NCBI GenBank assembly: GCA_040954595.2
Contig: CM082578.2
Coordinates: forward strand, 17,748,628-17,812,627
DNA length: 64,000 nt
Source: Balanoglossus misakiensis
Lineage: Eukaryota; Animalia; Hemichordata
Reading direction: 5' to 3'
Under the pieces are notes generated by a model, which was given only the letters and a program-made list of their open reading frames with translations, searched no databases and was not told the origin of the DNA. Shown here piece after piece: positions 52,401-64,000 of the stretch. The first letter of the stretch is position 1, and each line of letters starts with the position of its first letter. A program made the translations under genes and the position numbers.

Positions 52401-55400
52401 CCATGATTTTTTCAAAAATCGGCGAAATTTCGAGATTTGGAAAAGTCGAAAAATCGTCGATTTTTGATGATTTTCCTGAGCTATAACCCATGATTTTTTC
52501 AAAAATCGGCGAAATTTCGAGATTTGGAAAAGTCGAAAAATCGTCGATTTTTGATGATTTTCCTGAGCTATAACCCATGATTTTTCAAAAATCGGCGAAA
52601 TTTCGAGATTTGGAAAAGTCGAAAAATCGTCGATTTTTGATGATTTTCCTGAGCTATAACCCATGATGTTTTCAAAAATCGGCGAAATTTCGAGATTTGG
52701 AAAAGTCGAAAAATCGTCGATTTTTGATGATTTTCCTGAGCTATAACCCATGATTTTTTCAAAAATCGGCGAAATTTCGAGATTTGGAAAAGTCGAAAAA
52801 TCGTCGATTTTTGATGATTTTCCTGAGCTATAACCCATGATTTTTTCAAAAATCGGCGAAATTTCGAGATTTGGAAAAGTCGAAAAATCGTCGATTTTTG
52901 ATGATTTTCCTGAGCTATAACCCATGATTTTTTCAAAAATCGGCGAAATTTCGAGATTTGGAAAAGTCGAAAAATCGTCGATTTTTGATGATTTTCCTGA
53001 GCTATAACCCATGATTTTTTCAAAAATCGGCGAAATTTCGAGATTTGGAAAAGTCGAAAAATCGTCGATTTTTGATGATTTTCCTGAGCTATAACCCATG
53101 ATTTTTTCAAAAATCGGCGAAATTTCGAGATTTGGAAAAGTCGAAAAATCGTCGATTTTTGATGATTTTCCTGAGCTATAACCCATGATTTTTTCAAAAA
53201 TCGGCGAAATTTCGAGATTTGGAAAAGTCGAAAATCGTCGATTTTTGATGATTTTCCTGAGCTATAACCCATGATTTTTTCAAAAATCGGCGAAATTTCG
53301 AGATTTGGAAAAGTCGAAAAATCGTCGATTTTTGATGATTTTCCTGAGCTATAACCCATGATTTTTTCAAAAATCGGCGAAATTTCGAGATTTGGAAAAG
53401 TCGAAAAATCGTCGATTTTTGATGATTTTCCTGAGCTATAACCCATGATTTTTTCAAAAATCGGCGAAATTTCGAGATTTGGAAAAGTCGAAAAATCGTC
53501 GATTTTTGATGATTTTCCTGAGCTATAACCCATGGTTTTTTCAAAAATCGGCGAAATTTCGAGATTTGGAAAAGTCGAAAAATCGTCGATTTTTGATGAT
53601 TTTCCTGAGCTATAACCCATGGTTTTTTCAAAAATCGGCGAAATTTCGAGATTTGGAAAAGTCGAAAAATCGTCGATTTTTGATGATTTTCCTGAGCTAT
53701 AACCCATGGTTTTTTCAAAAATCGGCGAAATTTCGAGATTTGGAAAAGTCGAAAAATCGTCGATTTTTGATGATTTTCCTGAGCTATAACCCATGTTTTT
53801 TCAAAAATCGGCGAAATTTCGAGATTTGGAAAAGTCGAAAAATCGTCGATTTTTGATGATTTTCCTGAGCTATAACCCATGGTTTTTTCAAAAATCGGCG
53901 AAATTTCGAGATTTGGAAAAGTCGAAAAATCGTCGATTTTTGATGATTTTCCTGAGCTATAACCCATGGTTTTTTCAAAAATCGGCGAAATTTCGAGATT
54001 TGGAAAAGTCGAAAAATCGTCGATTTTTGATGATTTTCCTGAGCTATAACCCATGGTTTTTTCAAAAAATCGGCGAAATTTCGAGATTTGGAAAAGTCGA
54101 AAAATCGTCGATTTTGATGATTTTCCTGAGCTATAACCCATGGTTTTTTCAAAAATCGGCGAAATTTCGAGATTTGGAAAAGTCGAAAAATCGTCGATTT
54201 TTGATGATTTTCCTGAGCTATAACCCATGGTTTTTTCAAAAATCGGCGAAATTTCGAGATTTGGAAAAGTCGAAAAATCGTCGATTTTTGATGATTTTCC
54301 TGAGCTATAACCCATGGCTTTTTCAAAAATCGGCGAAATTTCGAGATTTGGAAAAGTCGAAAAATCGTCGATTTTTGATGATTTTCCTGAGCTATAACCC
54401 ATGGCTTTTTTCAAAAATCGGCGAAATTTCGAGATTTGGAAAAGTCGAAAAATCGTCGATTTTTGATGATTTTCCTGAGCTATAACCCATGGCTTTTTCA
54501 AAAAATCGGCGAAATTTCGAGATTTGGAAAAGTCGAAAAATCGTCGATTTTTGATGATTTTCCTGAGCTATAACCCATGGCTTTTTCAAAAATCGGCGAA
54601 ATTTCGAGATTTGGAAAAGTCGAAAAATCGTCGATTTTTGATGATTTTCCTGAGCTATAACCCATGGCTTTTTTCAAAAATCGGCGAAATTTCGAGATTT
54701 GGAAAAGTCGAAAAATCGTCGATTTTTGATGATTTTCCTGAGCTATAACCCATGGTTTTTTCAAAAATCGGCGAAATTTCGAGATTTGGAAAAGTCGAAA
54801 AATCGTCGATTTTTGATGATTTTCCTGAGCTATAACCCATGGTTTTTTCAAAAATCGGCGAAATTTCGAGATTTGGAAAAGTCGAAAAATCGTCGATTTT
54901 TGATGATTTTCCTGAGCTATAACCCATGGTTTTTTCAAAAATCGGCGAAATTTCGAGATTTGGAAAAGTCGAAAAATCGTCGATATTTGATGATTTTCCT
55001 GAGCTATAACCCATGGTTTTTTCAAAAATCGGCGAAATTTCGAGATTTGGAAAAGTCGAAAAATCGTCGATTTTTGATGATTTTCCTGAGCTATAACCCA
55101 TGGTTTTTTCAAAAATCGGCGAAATTTCGAGATTTGGAAAAGTCGAAAATCGTCGATTTTTGATGATTTTCCTGAGCTATAACCCATGGTTTTTTCAAAA
55201 ATCGGCGAAATTTCGAGATTTGGAAAAGTCGAAAAATCGTCGATTTTTGATGATTTTCCTGAGCTATAACCCATGGTTTTTTCAAAAATCGGCGAAATTT
55301 CGAGATTTGGAAAAGTCGAAAAATCGTCGATTTTTGATGATTTTCCTGAGCTATAACCCATGGTTTTTCAAAAATCGGCGAAATTTCGAGATTTGGAAAA

Positions 55401-58400
55401 GTCGAAAAATCGTCGATTTTTGATGATTTTCCTGAGCTATAACCCATGGTTTTTTCAAAAATCGGCGAAATTTCGAGATTTGGAAAAGTCGAAAAATCGT
55501 CGATTTTTGATGATTTTCCTGAGCTATAACCCATGGTTTTTTCAAAAATCGGCGAAATTTCGAGATTTGGAAAAGTCGAAAAATCGTCGATTTTTGATGA
55601 TTTTCCTGAGCTATAACCCATGGTTTTTTTCAAAAATCGGCGAAATTTCGAGATTTGGAAAAGTCGAAAAATCGTCGATTTTTGATGATTTTCCTGAGCT
55701 ATAACCCATGGTTTTTTCAAAAATCGGCGAAATTTCGAGATTTGGAAAAGTCGAAAAATCGTCGATTTTTGATGATTTTCCTGAGCTATAACCCATGGTT
55801 TTTTCAAAAATCGGCGAAATTTCGAGATTTGGAAAAGTCGAAAAATCGTCGATTTTTGATGATTTTCCTGAGCTATAACCCATGGTTTTTTCAAAAATCG
55901 GCGAAATTTCGAGATTTGGAAAAGTCGAAAAATCGTCGATTTTTGATGATTTTCCTGAGCTATAACCCATGGTTTTTTCAAAAATCGGCGAAATTTCGAG
56001 ATTTGGAAAAGTCCGAAAAATCGTCGATTTTTGATGATTTTCCTGAGCTATAACCCATGGTTTTTTCAAAAATCGGCGAAATTTCGAGATTTGGAAAAGT
56101 CGAAAAATCGTCGATTTTTGATGATTTTCCTGAGCTATAACCCATGGTTTTTTCAAAAATCGGCGAAATTTCGAGATTTGGAAAAGTCGAAAAATCGTCG
56201 ATTTTTGATGATTTTCCTGAGCTATAACCCATGATTTTTTCAAAAATCGGCGAAATTTCGAGATTTGGAAAAGTCGAAAAATCGTCGATTTTTGATGATT
56301 TTCCTGAGCTATAACCCATGATTTTTTCAAAAATCGGCGAAATTTCGAGATTTGGAAAAGTCGAAAAATCGTCGATTTTTGATGATTTTCCTGAGCTATA
56401 ACCCATGATTTTTTCAAAAATCGGCGAAATTTCGAGATTTGGAAAAGTCGAAAAATCGTCGATTTTTGATGATTTTCCTGAGCTATAACCCATGATTTTT
56501 TCAAAAATCGGCGAAATTTCGAGATTTGGAAAAGTCGAAAAATCGTCGATTTTTGATGATTTTCCTGAGCTATAGCCCATGATTTTATCAAAAATCGGCG
56601 AAATTTCGAGATTTGGAAAAGTCGAAAAATCGTCGATTTTTGATGATTTTCCTGAGCTATAGCCATGATTTTTCAAAAATCGGCGAAATTTCGAGATTTG
56701 GAAAAGTCGAAAAATCGTCGATTTTTGATGATTTTCCTGAGCTATAGCCCATGATTTTTTCAAAAATCGGCGAAATTTCGAGATTTGGAAAAGTCGAAAA
56801 ATCGTCGATTTTTGATGATTTTTCCTGAGCTATAGCCCATGATTTTTTCAAAAATCGGCGAAATTTCGAGATTTGGAAAAGTCGAAAAATCGTCGATTTT
56901 TGATGATTTTCCTGAGCTATAACCCATGATTTTTCAAAAATCGGCGAAATTTCGAGATTTGGAAAAGTCGAAAAATCGTCGATTTTTGATGATTTTCCTG
57001 AGCTATAACCCATGATTTTTTTAAAAAATCGGCGAATTTCGAGATTTGGAAAAGTCGAAAAATCGTCGATTTTTGATGATTTTCCTGAGCTATAGCCCAT
57101 GGTTTTTTCAAAAATCGGCGAAATTTCGAGATTTGGAAAAGTCGAAAAATCGTCGATTTTTGATGATTTTCCTGAGCTATAACCCATGATTTTTCAAAAA
57201 TCGGCGAAATTTCGAGATTTGGAAAAGTCGAAAAATCGTCGATTTTTGATGATTTTCCTGAGCTATAACCCATGATTTTTTCAAAAATCGGCGAAATTTC
57301 GAGATTTGGAAAAGTCGAAAAATCGTCGATTTTTGATGATTTTCCTGAGCTATAACCCATGATTTTTTCAAAAATCGGCGAAATTTCGAGATTTGGAAAA
57401 GTCGAAAAATCGTCGATTTTTGATGATTTTCCTGAGCTATAACCCATGATTTTTTCAAAAATCGGCGAAATTTCGAGATTTGGAAAAGTCGAAAAATCGT
57501 CGATTTTGATGATTTTCCTGAGCTATAACCCATGATTTTTTCAAAAATCGGCGAAATTTCGAGATTTGGAAAAGTCGAAAAATCGTCGATTTTTGATGAT
57601 TTTCCTGAGCTATAACCCATGATTTTTCAAAAATCGGCGAAATTTCGAGATTTGGAAAAGTCGAAAAATCGTCGATTTTGATGATTTTCCTGAGCTATAA
57701 CCCATGATTTTTTCAAAAATCGGCGAAATTTCGAGATTTGGAAAAGTCGAAAAATCGTCGATTTTTGATGATTTTCCTGAGCTATAACCCATGATTTTTT
57801 CAAAAATCGGAATTCGAGATTTGGAATCGATTTTTCAAAAATCGGCAAATTTCGAGATTTGGAAAAGTCGAAAAATCGTCGATTTTTGATGATTTTCCTG
57901 AGCTATAGCCCATGATTTTTTCAAAAATCGGCGAAATTTCGAGATTTGGAAAAGTCGAAAAATCGTCGATTTTTGATGATTTTCCTGAGCTATAGCCCAT
58001 GATTTTTTCAAAAATCGGCGAAATTTCGAGATTTGGAAAAGTCGAAAAATCGTCGATTTTTGATGATTTTCCTGAGCTATAGCCATGATTTTTTCAAAAA
58101 TCGGCGAAATTTCGAGATTTGGAAAAGTCGAAAAATCGTCGATTTTTGATGATTTTCCTGAGCTATAACCCATGATTTTTTCAAAAATCGGCGAAATTTC
58201 GAGATTTGGAAAAGTCGAAAAATCGTCGATTTTTGATGATTTTCCTGAGCTATAGCCCATGATTTTTTCAAAAATCGGCGAAATTTCGAGATTTGGAAAA
58301 GTCGAAAAATCGTCGATTTTTGATGATTTTCCTGAGCTATAGCCCATGATTTTTTCAAAAATCGGCGAAATTTCGAGATTTGGAAAAGTCGAAAAATCGT

Positions 58401-61400
58401 CGATTTTTGATGATTTTCCTGAGCTATAGCCCATGATTTTTTCAAAAATCGGCGAAATTTCGAGATTTGGAAAAGTCGAAAAATCGTCGATTTTTGATGA
58501 TTTTCCTGAGCTATAGCCCATGATTTTTTCAAAAATCGGCGAAATTTCGAGATTTGGAAAAGTCGAAAAATCGTCGATTTTTGATGATTTTCCTGAGCTA
58601 TAGCCCATGATTTTTTCAAAAATCGGCGAAATTTCGAGATTTGGAAAAGTCGAAAAATCGTCGATTTTTGATGATTTTCCTGAGCTATAGCCCATGATTT
58701 TTTCAAAAATCGGCGAAATTTCGAGATTTGGAAAAGTCGAAAAATCGTCGATTTTTGATGATTTTCCTGAGCTATAGCCCATGATTTTTTCAAAAATCGG
58801 CGAAATTTCGAGATTTGGAAAAGTCGAAAAATCGTCGATTTTTGATGATTTTCCTGAGCTATAGCCCATGATTTTTTCAAAAATCGGCGAAATTTCGAGA
58901 TTTGGAAAAGTCGAAAAATCGTCGATTTTTGATGATTTTCCTGAGCTATAGCCCATGATTTTTTCAAAAATCGGCGAAATTTCGAGATTTGGAAAAGTCG
59001 AAAAATCGTCGATTTTTGATGATTTTCCTGAGCTATAGCCCATGATTTTTTCAAAAATCGGCGAAATTTCGAGATTTGGAAAAGTCGAAAAATCGTCGAT
59101 TTTTGATGATTTTCCTGAGCTATAGCCCATGATTTTTTCAAAAATCGGCGAAATTTCGAGATTTGGAAAAGTCGAAAAATCGTCGATTTTTGATGATTTT
59201 CCTGAGCTATAGCCCATGATTTTTTCAAAAATCGGCGAAATTTCGAGATTTGGAAAAGTCGAAAAATCGTCGATTTTTGATGATTTTCCTGAGCTATAGC
59301 CCATGATTTTTTCAAAAATCGGCGAAATTTCGAGATTTGGAAAAGTCGAAAAATCGTCGATTTTTGATGATTTTCCTGAGCTATAGCCCATGATTTTTTC
59401 AAAAATCGGCGAAATTTCGAGATTTGGAAAAGTCGAAAAATCGTCGATTTTTGATGATTTTCCTGAGCTATAGCCCATGATTTTTTCAAAAATCGGCGAA
59501 ATTTCGAGATTTGGAAAAGTCGAAAAATCGTCGATTTTTGATGATTTTCCTGAGCTATAGCCCATGATTTTTTCAAAAATCGGCGAAATTTCGAGATTTG
59601 GAAAAGTCGAAAAATCGTCGATTTTTGATGATTTTCCTGAGCTATAGCCCATGATTTTTTCAAAAATCGGCGAAATTTCGAGATTTGGAAAAGTCGAAAA
59701 ATCGTCGATTTTTGATGATTTTCCTGAGCTATAGCCCATGATTTTTTCAAAAATCGGCGAAATTTCGAGATTTGGAAAAGTCGAAAAATCGTCGATTTTT
59801 GATGATTTTCCTGAGCTATAGCCCATGATTTTTTCAAAAATCGGCGAAATTTCGAGATTTGGAAAAGTCGAAAAATCGTCGATTTTTGATGATTTTCCTG
59901 AGCTATAGCCCATGATTTTTTCAAAAATCGGCGAAATTTCGAGATTTGGAAAAGTCGAAAAATCGTCGATTTTTGATGATTTTCCTGAGCTATAGCCCAT
60001 GATTTTTTCAAAAATCGGCGAAATTTCGAGATTTGGAAAAGTCGAAAAATCGTCGATTTTTGATGATTTTCCTGAGCTATAGCCCATGATTTTTTCAAAA
60101 ATCGGCGAAATTTCGAGATTTGGAAAAGTCGAAAAATCGTCGATTTTTGATGATTTTCCTGAGCTATAGCCCATGATTTTTTCAAAAATCGGCGAAATTT
60201 CGAGATTTGGAAAAGTCGAAAAATCGTCGATTTTTGATGATTTTCCTGAGCTATAACCCATGATTTTTTCAAAAATCGGCGAAATTTCGAGATTTGGAAA
60301 AGTCGAAAAATCGTCGATTTTTGATGATTTTCCTGAGCTATAACCCATGATTTTTTCAAAAATCGGCGAAATTTCGAGATTTGGAAAAGTCGAAAAATCG
60401 TCGATTTTTGATGATTTTCCTGAGCTATAACCCATGATTTTTTCAAAAATCGGCGAAATTTCGAGATTTGGAAAAGTCGAAAAATCGTCGATTTTTGATG
60501 ATTTTCCTGAGCTATAACCCATGATTTTTTCAAAAATCGGCGAAATTTCGAGATTTGGAAAAGTCGAAAAATCGTCGATTTTTGATGATTTTCCTGAGCT
60601 ATAACCCATGATTTTTTCAAAAATCGGCGAAATTTCGAGATTTGGAAAAGTCGAAAAATCGTCGATTTTTGATGATTTTCCTGAGCTATAACCCATGATT
60701 TTTTCAAAAATCGGCGAAATTTCGAGATTTGGAAAAGTCGAAAAATCGTCGATTTTTGATGATTTTCCTGAGCTATAACCCATGATTTTTTCAAAAATCG
60801 GCGAAATTTCGAGATTTGGAAAAGTCGAAAAATCGTCGATTTTTGATGATTTTCCTGAGCTATAACCCATGATTTTTTCAAAAATCGGCGAAATTTCGAG
60901 ATTTGGAAAAGTCGAAAAATCGTCGATTTTTGATGATTTTCCTGAGCTATAACCCATGATTTTTTCAAAAATCGGCGAAATTTCGAGATTTGGAAAAGTC
61001 GAAAAATCGTCGATTTTTGATGATTTTCCTGAGCTATAACCCATGATTTTTTCAAAAATCGGCGAAATTTCGAGATTTGGAAAAGTCGAAAAATCGTCGA
61101 TTTTTGATGATTTTCCTGAGCTATAACCCATGATTTTTTCAAAAATCGGCGAAATTTCGAGATTTGGAAAAGTCGAAAAATCGTCGATTTTTGATGATTT
61201 TCCTGAGCTATAACCCATGATTTTTTCAAAAATCGGCGAAATTTCGAGATTTGGAAAAGTCGAAAAATCGTCGATTTTTGATGATTTTCCTGAGCTATAA
61301 CCCATGATTTTTTCAAAAATCGGCGAAATTTCGAGATTTGGAAAAGTCGAAAAATCGTCGATTTTTGATGATTTTCCTGAGCTATAACCCATGATTTTTT

Positions 61401-64000
61401 CAAAAATCGGCGAAATTTCGAGATTTGGAAAAGTCGAAAAATCGTCGATTTTTGATGATTTTCCTGAGCTATAACCCATGATTTTTTCAAAAATCGGCGA
61501 AATTTCGAGATTTGGAAAAGTCGAAAAATCGTCGATTTTTGATGATTTTCCTGAGCTATAACCCATGATTTTTTCAAAAATCGGCGAAATTTCGAGATTT
61601 GGAAAAGTCGAAAAATCGTCGATTTTTGATGATTTTCCTGAGCTATAACCCATGATTTTTTCAAAAATCGGCGAAATTTCGAGATTTGGAAAAGTCGAAA
61701 AATCGTCGATTTTTGATGATTTTCCTGAGCTATAACCCATGATTTTTTCAAAAATCGGCGAAATTTCGAGATTTGGAAAAGTCGAAAAATCGTCGATTTT
61801 TGATGATTTTCCTGAGCTATAACCCATGATTTTTTCAAAAATCGGCGAAATTTCGAGATTTGGAAAAGTCGAGAAATCGTCGATTTTTGATGATTTTCCT
61901 GAGCTATAACCCATGATTTTTTCAAAAATCGGCGAAATTTCGAGATTTGGAAAAGTCGAGAAATCGTCGATTTTTGATGATTTTCCTGAGCTATAACCCA
62001 TGATTTTTTCAAAAATCGGCGAAATTTCGAGATTTGGAAAAGTCGAGAAATCGTCGATTTTTGATGATTTTCCTGAGCTATAACCCATGATTTTTTCAAA
62101 AATCGGCGAAATTTCGAGATTTGGAAAAGTCGAGAAATCGTCGATTTTTGATGATTTTCCTGAGCTATAACCCATGATTTTTTCAAAAATCGGCGAAATT
62201 TCGAGATTTGGAAAAGTCGAGAAATCGTCGATTTTTGATGATTTTCCTGAGCTATAACCCATGATTTTTTCAAAAATCGGCGAAATTTCGAGATTTGGAA
62301 AAGTCGAGAAATCGTCGATTTTTGATGATTTTCCTGAGCTATAACCCATGATTTTTTCAAAAATCGGCGAAATTTCGAGATTTGGAAAAGTCGAGAAATC
62401 GTCGATTTTTGATGATTTTCCTGAGCTATAACCCATGATTTTTTCAAAAATCGGCGAAATTTCGAGATTTGGAAAAGTCGAGAAATCGTCGATTTTTGAT
62501 GATTTTCCTGAGCTATAACCCATGATTTTTTCAAAAATCGGCGAAATTTCGAGATTTGGAAAAGTCGAGAAATCGTCGATTTTTGATGATTTTCCTGAGC
62601 TATAACCCATGATTTTTTCAAAAATCGGCGAAATTTCGAGATTTGGAAAAGTCGAGAAATCGTCGATTTTTGATGATTTTCCTGAGCTATAACCCATGAT
62701 TTTTTCAAAAATCGGCGAAATTTCGAGATTTGGAAAAGTCGAAAAATCGTCGATTTTTGATGATTTTCCTGAGCTATAGCCCATGATTTTTTCAAAAATC
62801 GGCGAAATTTCGAGATTTGGAAAAGTCGAAAAATCGTCGATTTTTGATGATTTTCCTGAGCTATAGCCCATGATTTTTTCAAAAATCGGCGAAATTTCGA
62901 GATTTGGAAAAGTCGAAAAATCGTCGATTTTTGATGATTTTCCTGAGCTATAGCCCATGATTTTTTCAAAAATCGGCGAAATTTCGAGATTTGGAAAAGT
63001 CGAAAAATCGTCGATTTTTGATGATTTTCCTGAGCTATAACCCATGATTTTTTCAAAAATCGGCGAAATTTCGAGATTTGGAAAAGTCGAAAAATCGTCG
63101 ATTTTTGATGATTTTCCTGAGCTATAACCCATGATTTTTTCAAAAATCGGCGAAATTTCGAGATTTGGAAAAGTCGAAAAATCGTCGATTTTTGATGATT
63201 TTCCTGAGCTATAACCCATGATTTTTTCAAAAATCGGCGAAATTTCGAGATTTGGAAAAGTCGAAAAATCGTCGATTTTTGATGATTTTCCTGAGCTATA
63301 ACCCATGATTTTTTCAAAAATCGGCGAAATTTCGAGATTTGGAAAAGTCGAAAAATCGTCGATTTTTGATGATTTTCCTGAGCTATAACCCATGATTTTT
63401 TCAAAAATCGGCGAAATTTCGAGATTTGGAAAAGTCGAAAAATCGTCGATTTTTGATGATTTTCCTGAGCTATAACCCATGATTTTTTCAAAAATCGGCG
63501 AAATTTCGAGATTTGGAAAAGTCGAAAAATCGTCGATTTTTGATGATTTTCCTGAGCTATAACCCATGATTTTTTCAAAAATCGGCGAAATTTCGAGATT
63601 TGGAAAAGTCGAAAAATCGTCGATTTTTGATGATTTTCCTGAGCTATAACCCATGATTTTTTCAAAAATCGGCGAAATTTCGAGATTTGGAAAAGTCGAA
63701 AAATCGTCGATTTTTGATGATTTTCCTGAGCTATAACCCATGATTTTTTCAAAAATCGGCGAAATTTCGAGATTTGGAAAAGTCGAAAAATCGTCGATTT
63801 TTGATGATTTTCCTGAGCTATAACCCATGATTTTTTCAAAAATCGGCGAAATTTCGAGATTTGGAAAAGTCGAAAAATCGTCGATTTTTGATGATTTTCC
63901 TGAGCTATAACCCATGATTTTTTCAAAAATCGGCGAAATTTCGAGATTTGGAAAAGTCGAAAAATCGTCGATTTTTGATGATTTTCCTGAGCTATAACCC
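43441..64000. repeat. 87-bp satellite DNA array, about 236 copies, runs off the window
   Basis: Consensus catgattttttcaaaaatcggcgaaatttcgagatttggaaaagtcgaaaaatcgtcgatttttgatgattttcctgagctataacc, repeated head-to-tail at very high identity. Confidence 0.99.

Noticed and set aside
43473-63926. Giant minus-strand ORFs (up to 2026 aa) of 29-aa repeats
   Set aside because: 87 is divisible by 3 and two minus frames happen to lack stops. Both frames are equally open, indels switch frames freely, there is no unique N- or C-terminal domain, and DNA identity is near total with no synonymous bias. This is satellite, not protein.
43441-64000. CRISPR-like array (palindromic repeats)
   Set aside because: No unique spacers, no cas genes, and a spliceosomal eukaryotic context.

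Overview
Eukaryotic (animal, probably invertebrate deuterostome; inferred) genomic DNA in four parts. (1) 40-2026, minus strand: the first six coding exons of RAD52, which runs off the left edge. (2) 2558-28279, plus strand: a complete ELKS/ERC/CAST active-zone scaffold gene. Its 15 core exons join in frame to about 1032 aa ending in the PDZ ligand DEEEGIWA*. It lies head-to-head with RAD52, with only 531 bp between start codons, the same neighbourhood as human 12p13.33. The ERC introns hold several frame-preserving 15-24 nt microexon candidates (several with UGC motifs), a diverged duplicate of the 3' half of exon 6, a candidate alternative terminal exon and a small MITE. (3) About 33-43 kb: CpG-normal non-coding DNA with RFX-like motifs and no recognisable gene. 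(4) 43441 to the end: more than 20 kb of an 87-bp, palindrome-rich, A-tract-phased satellite (about 236 copies). It begins directly inside what looks like the left end of a Helentron-associated non-autonomous element (HINE). The giant ORFs there are satellite artefacts. Exon boundaries were read by eye from GT/AG sites and frame continuity; no searches were run.
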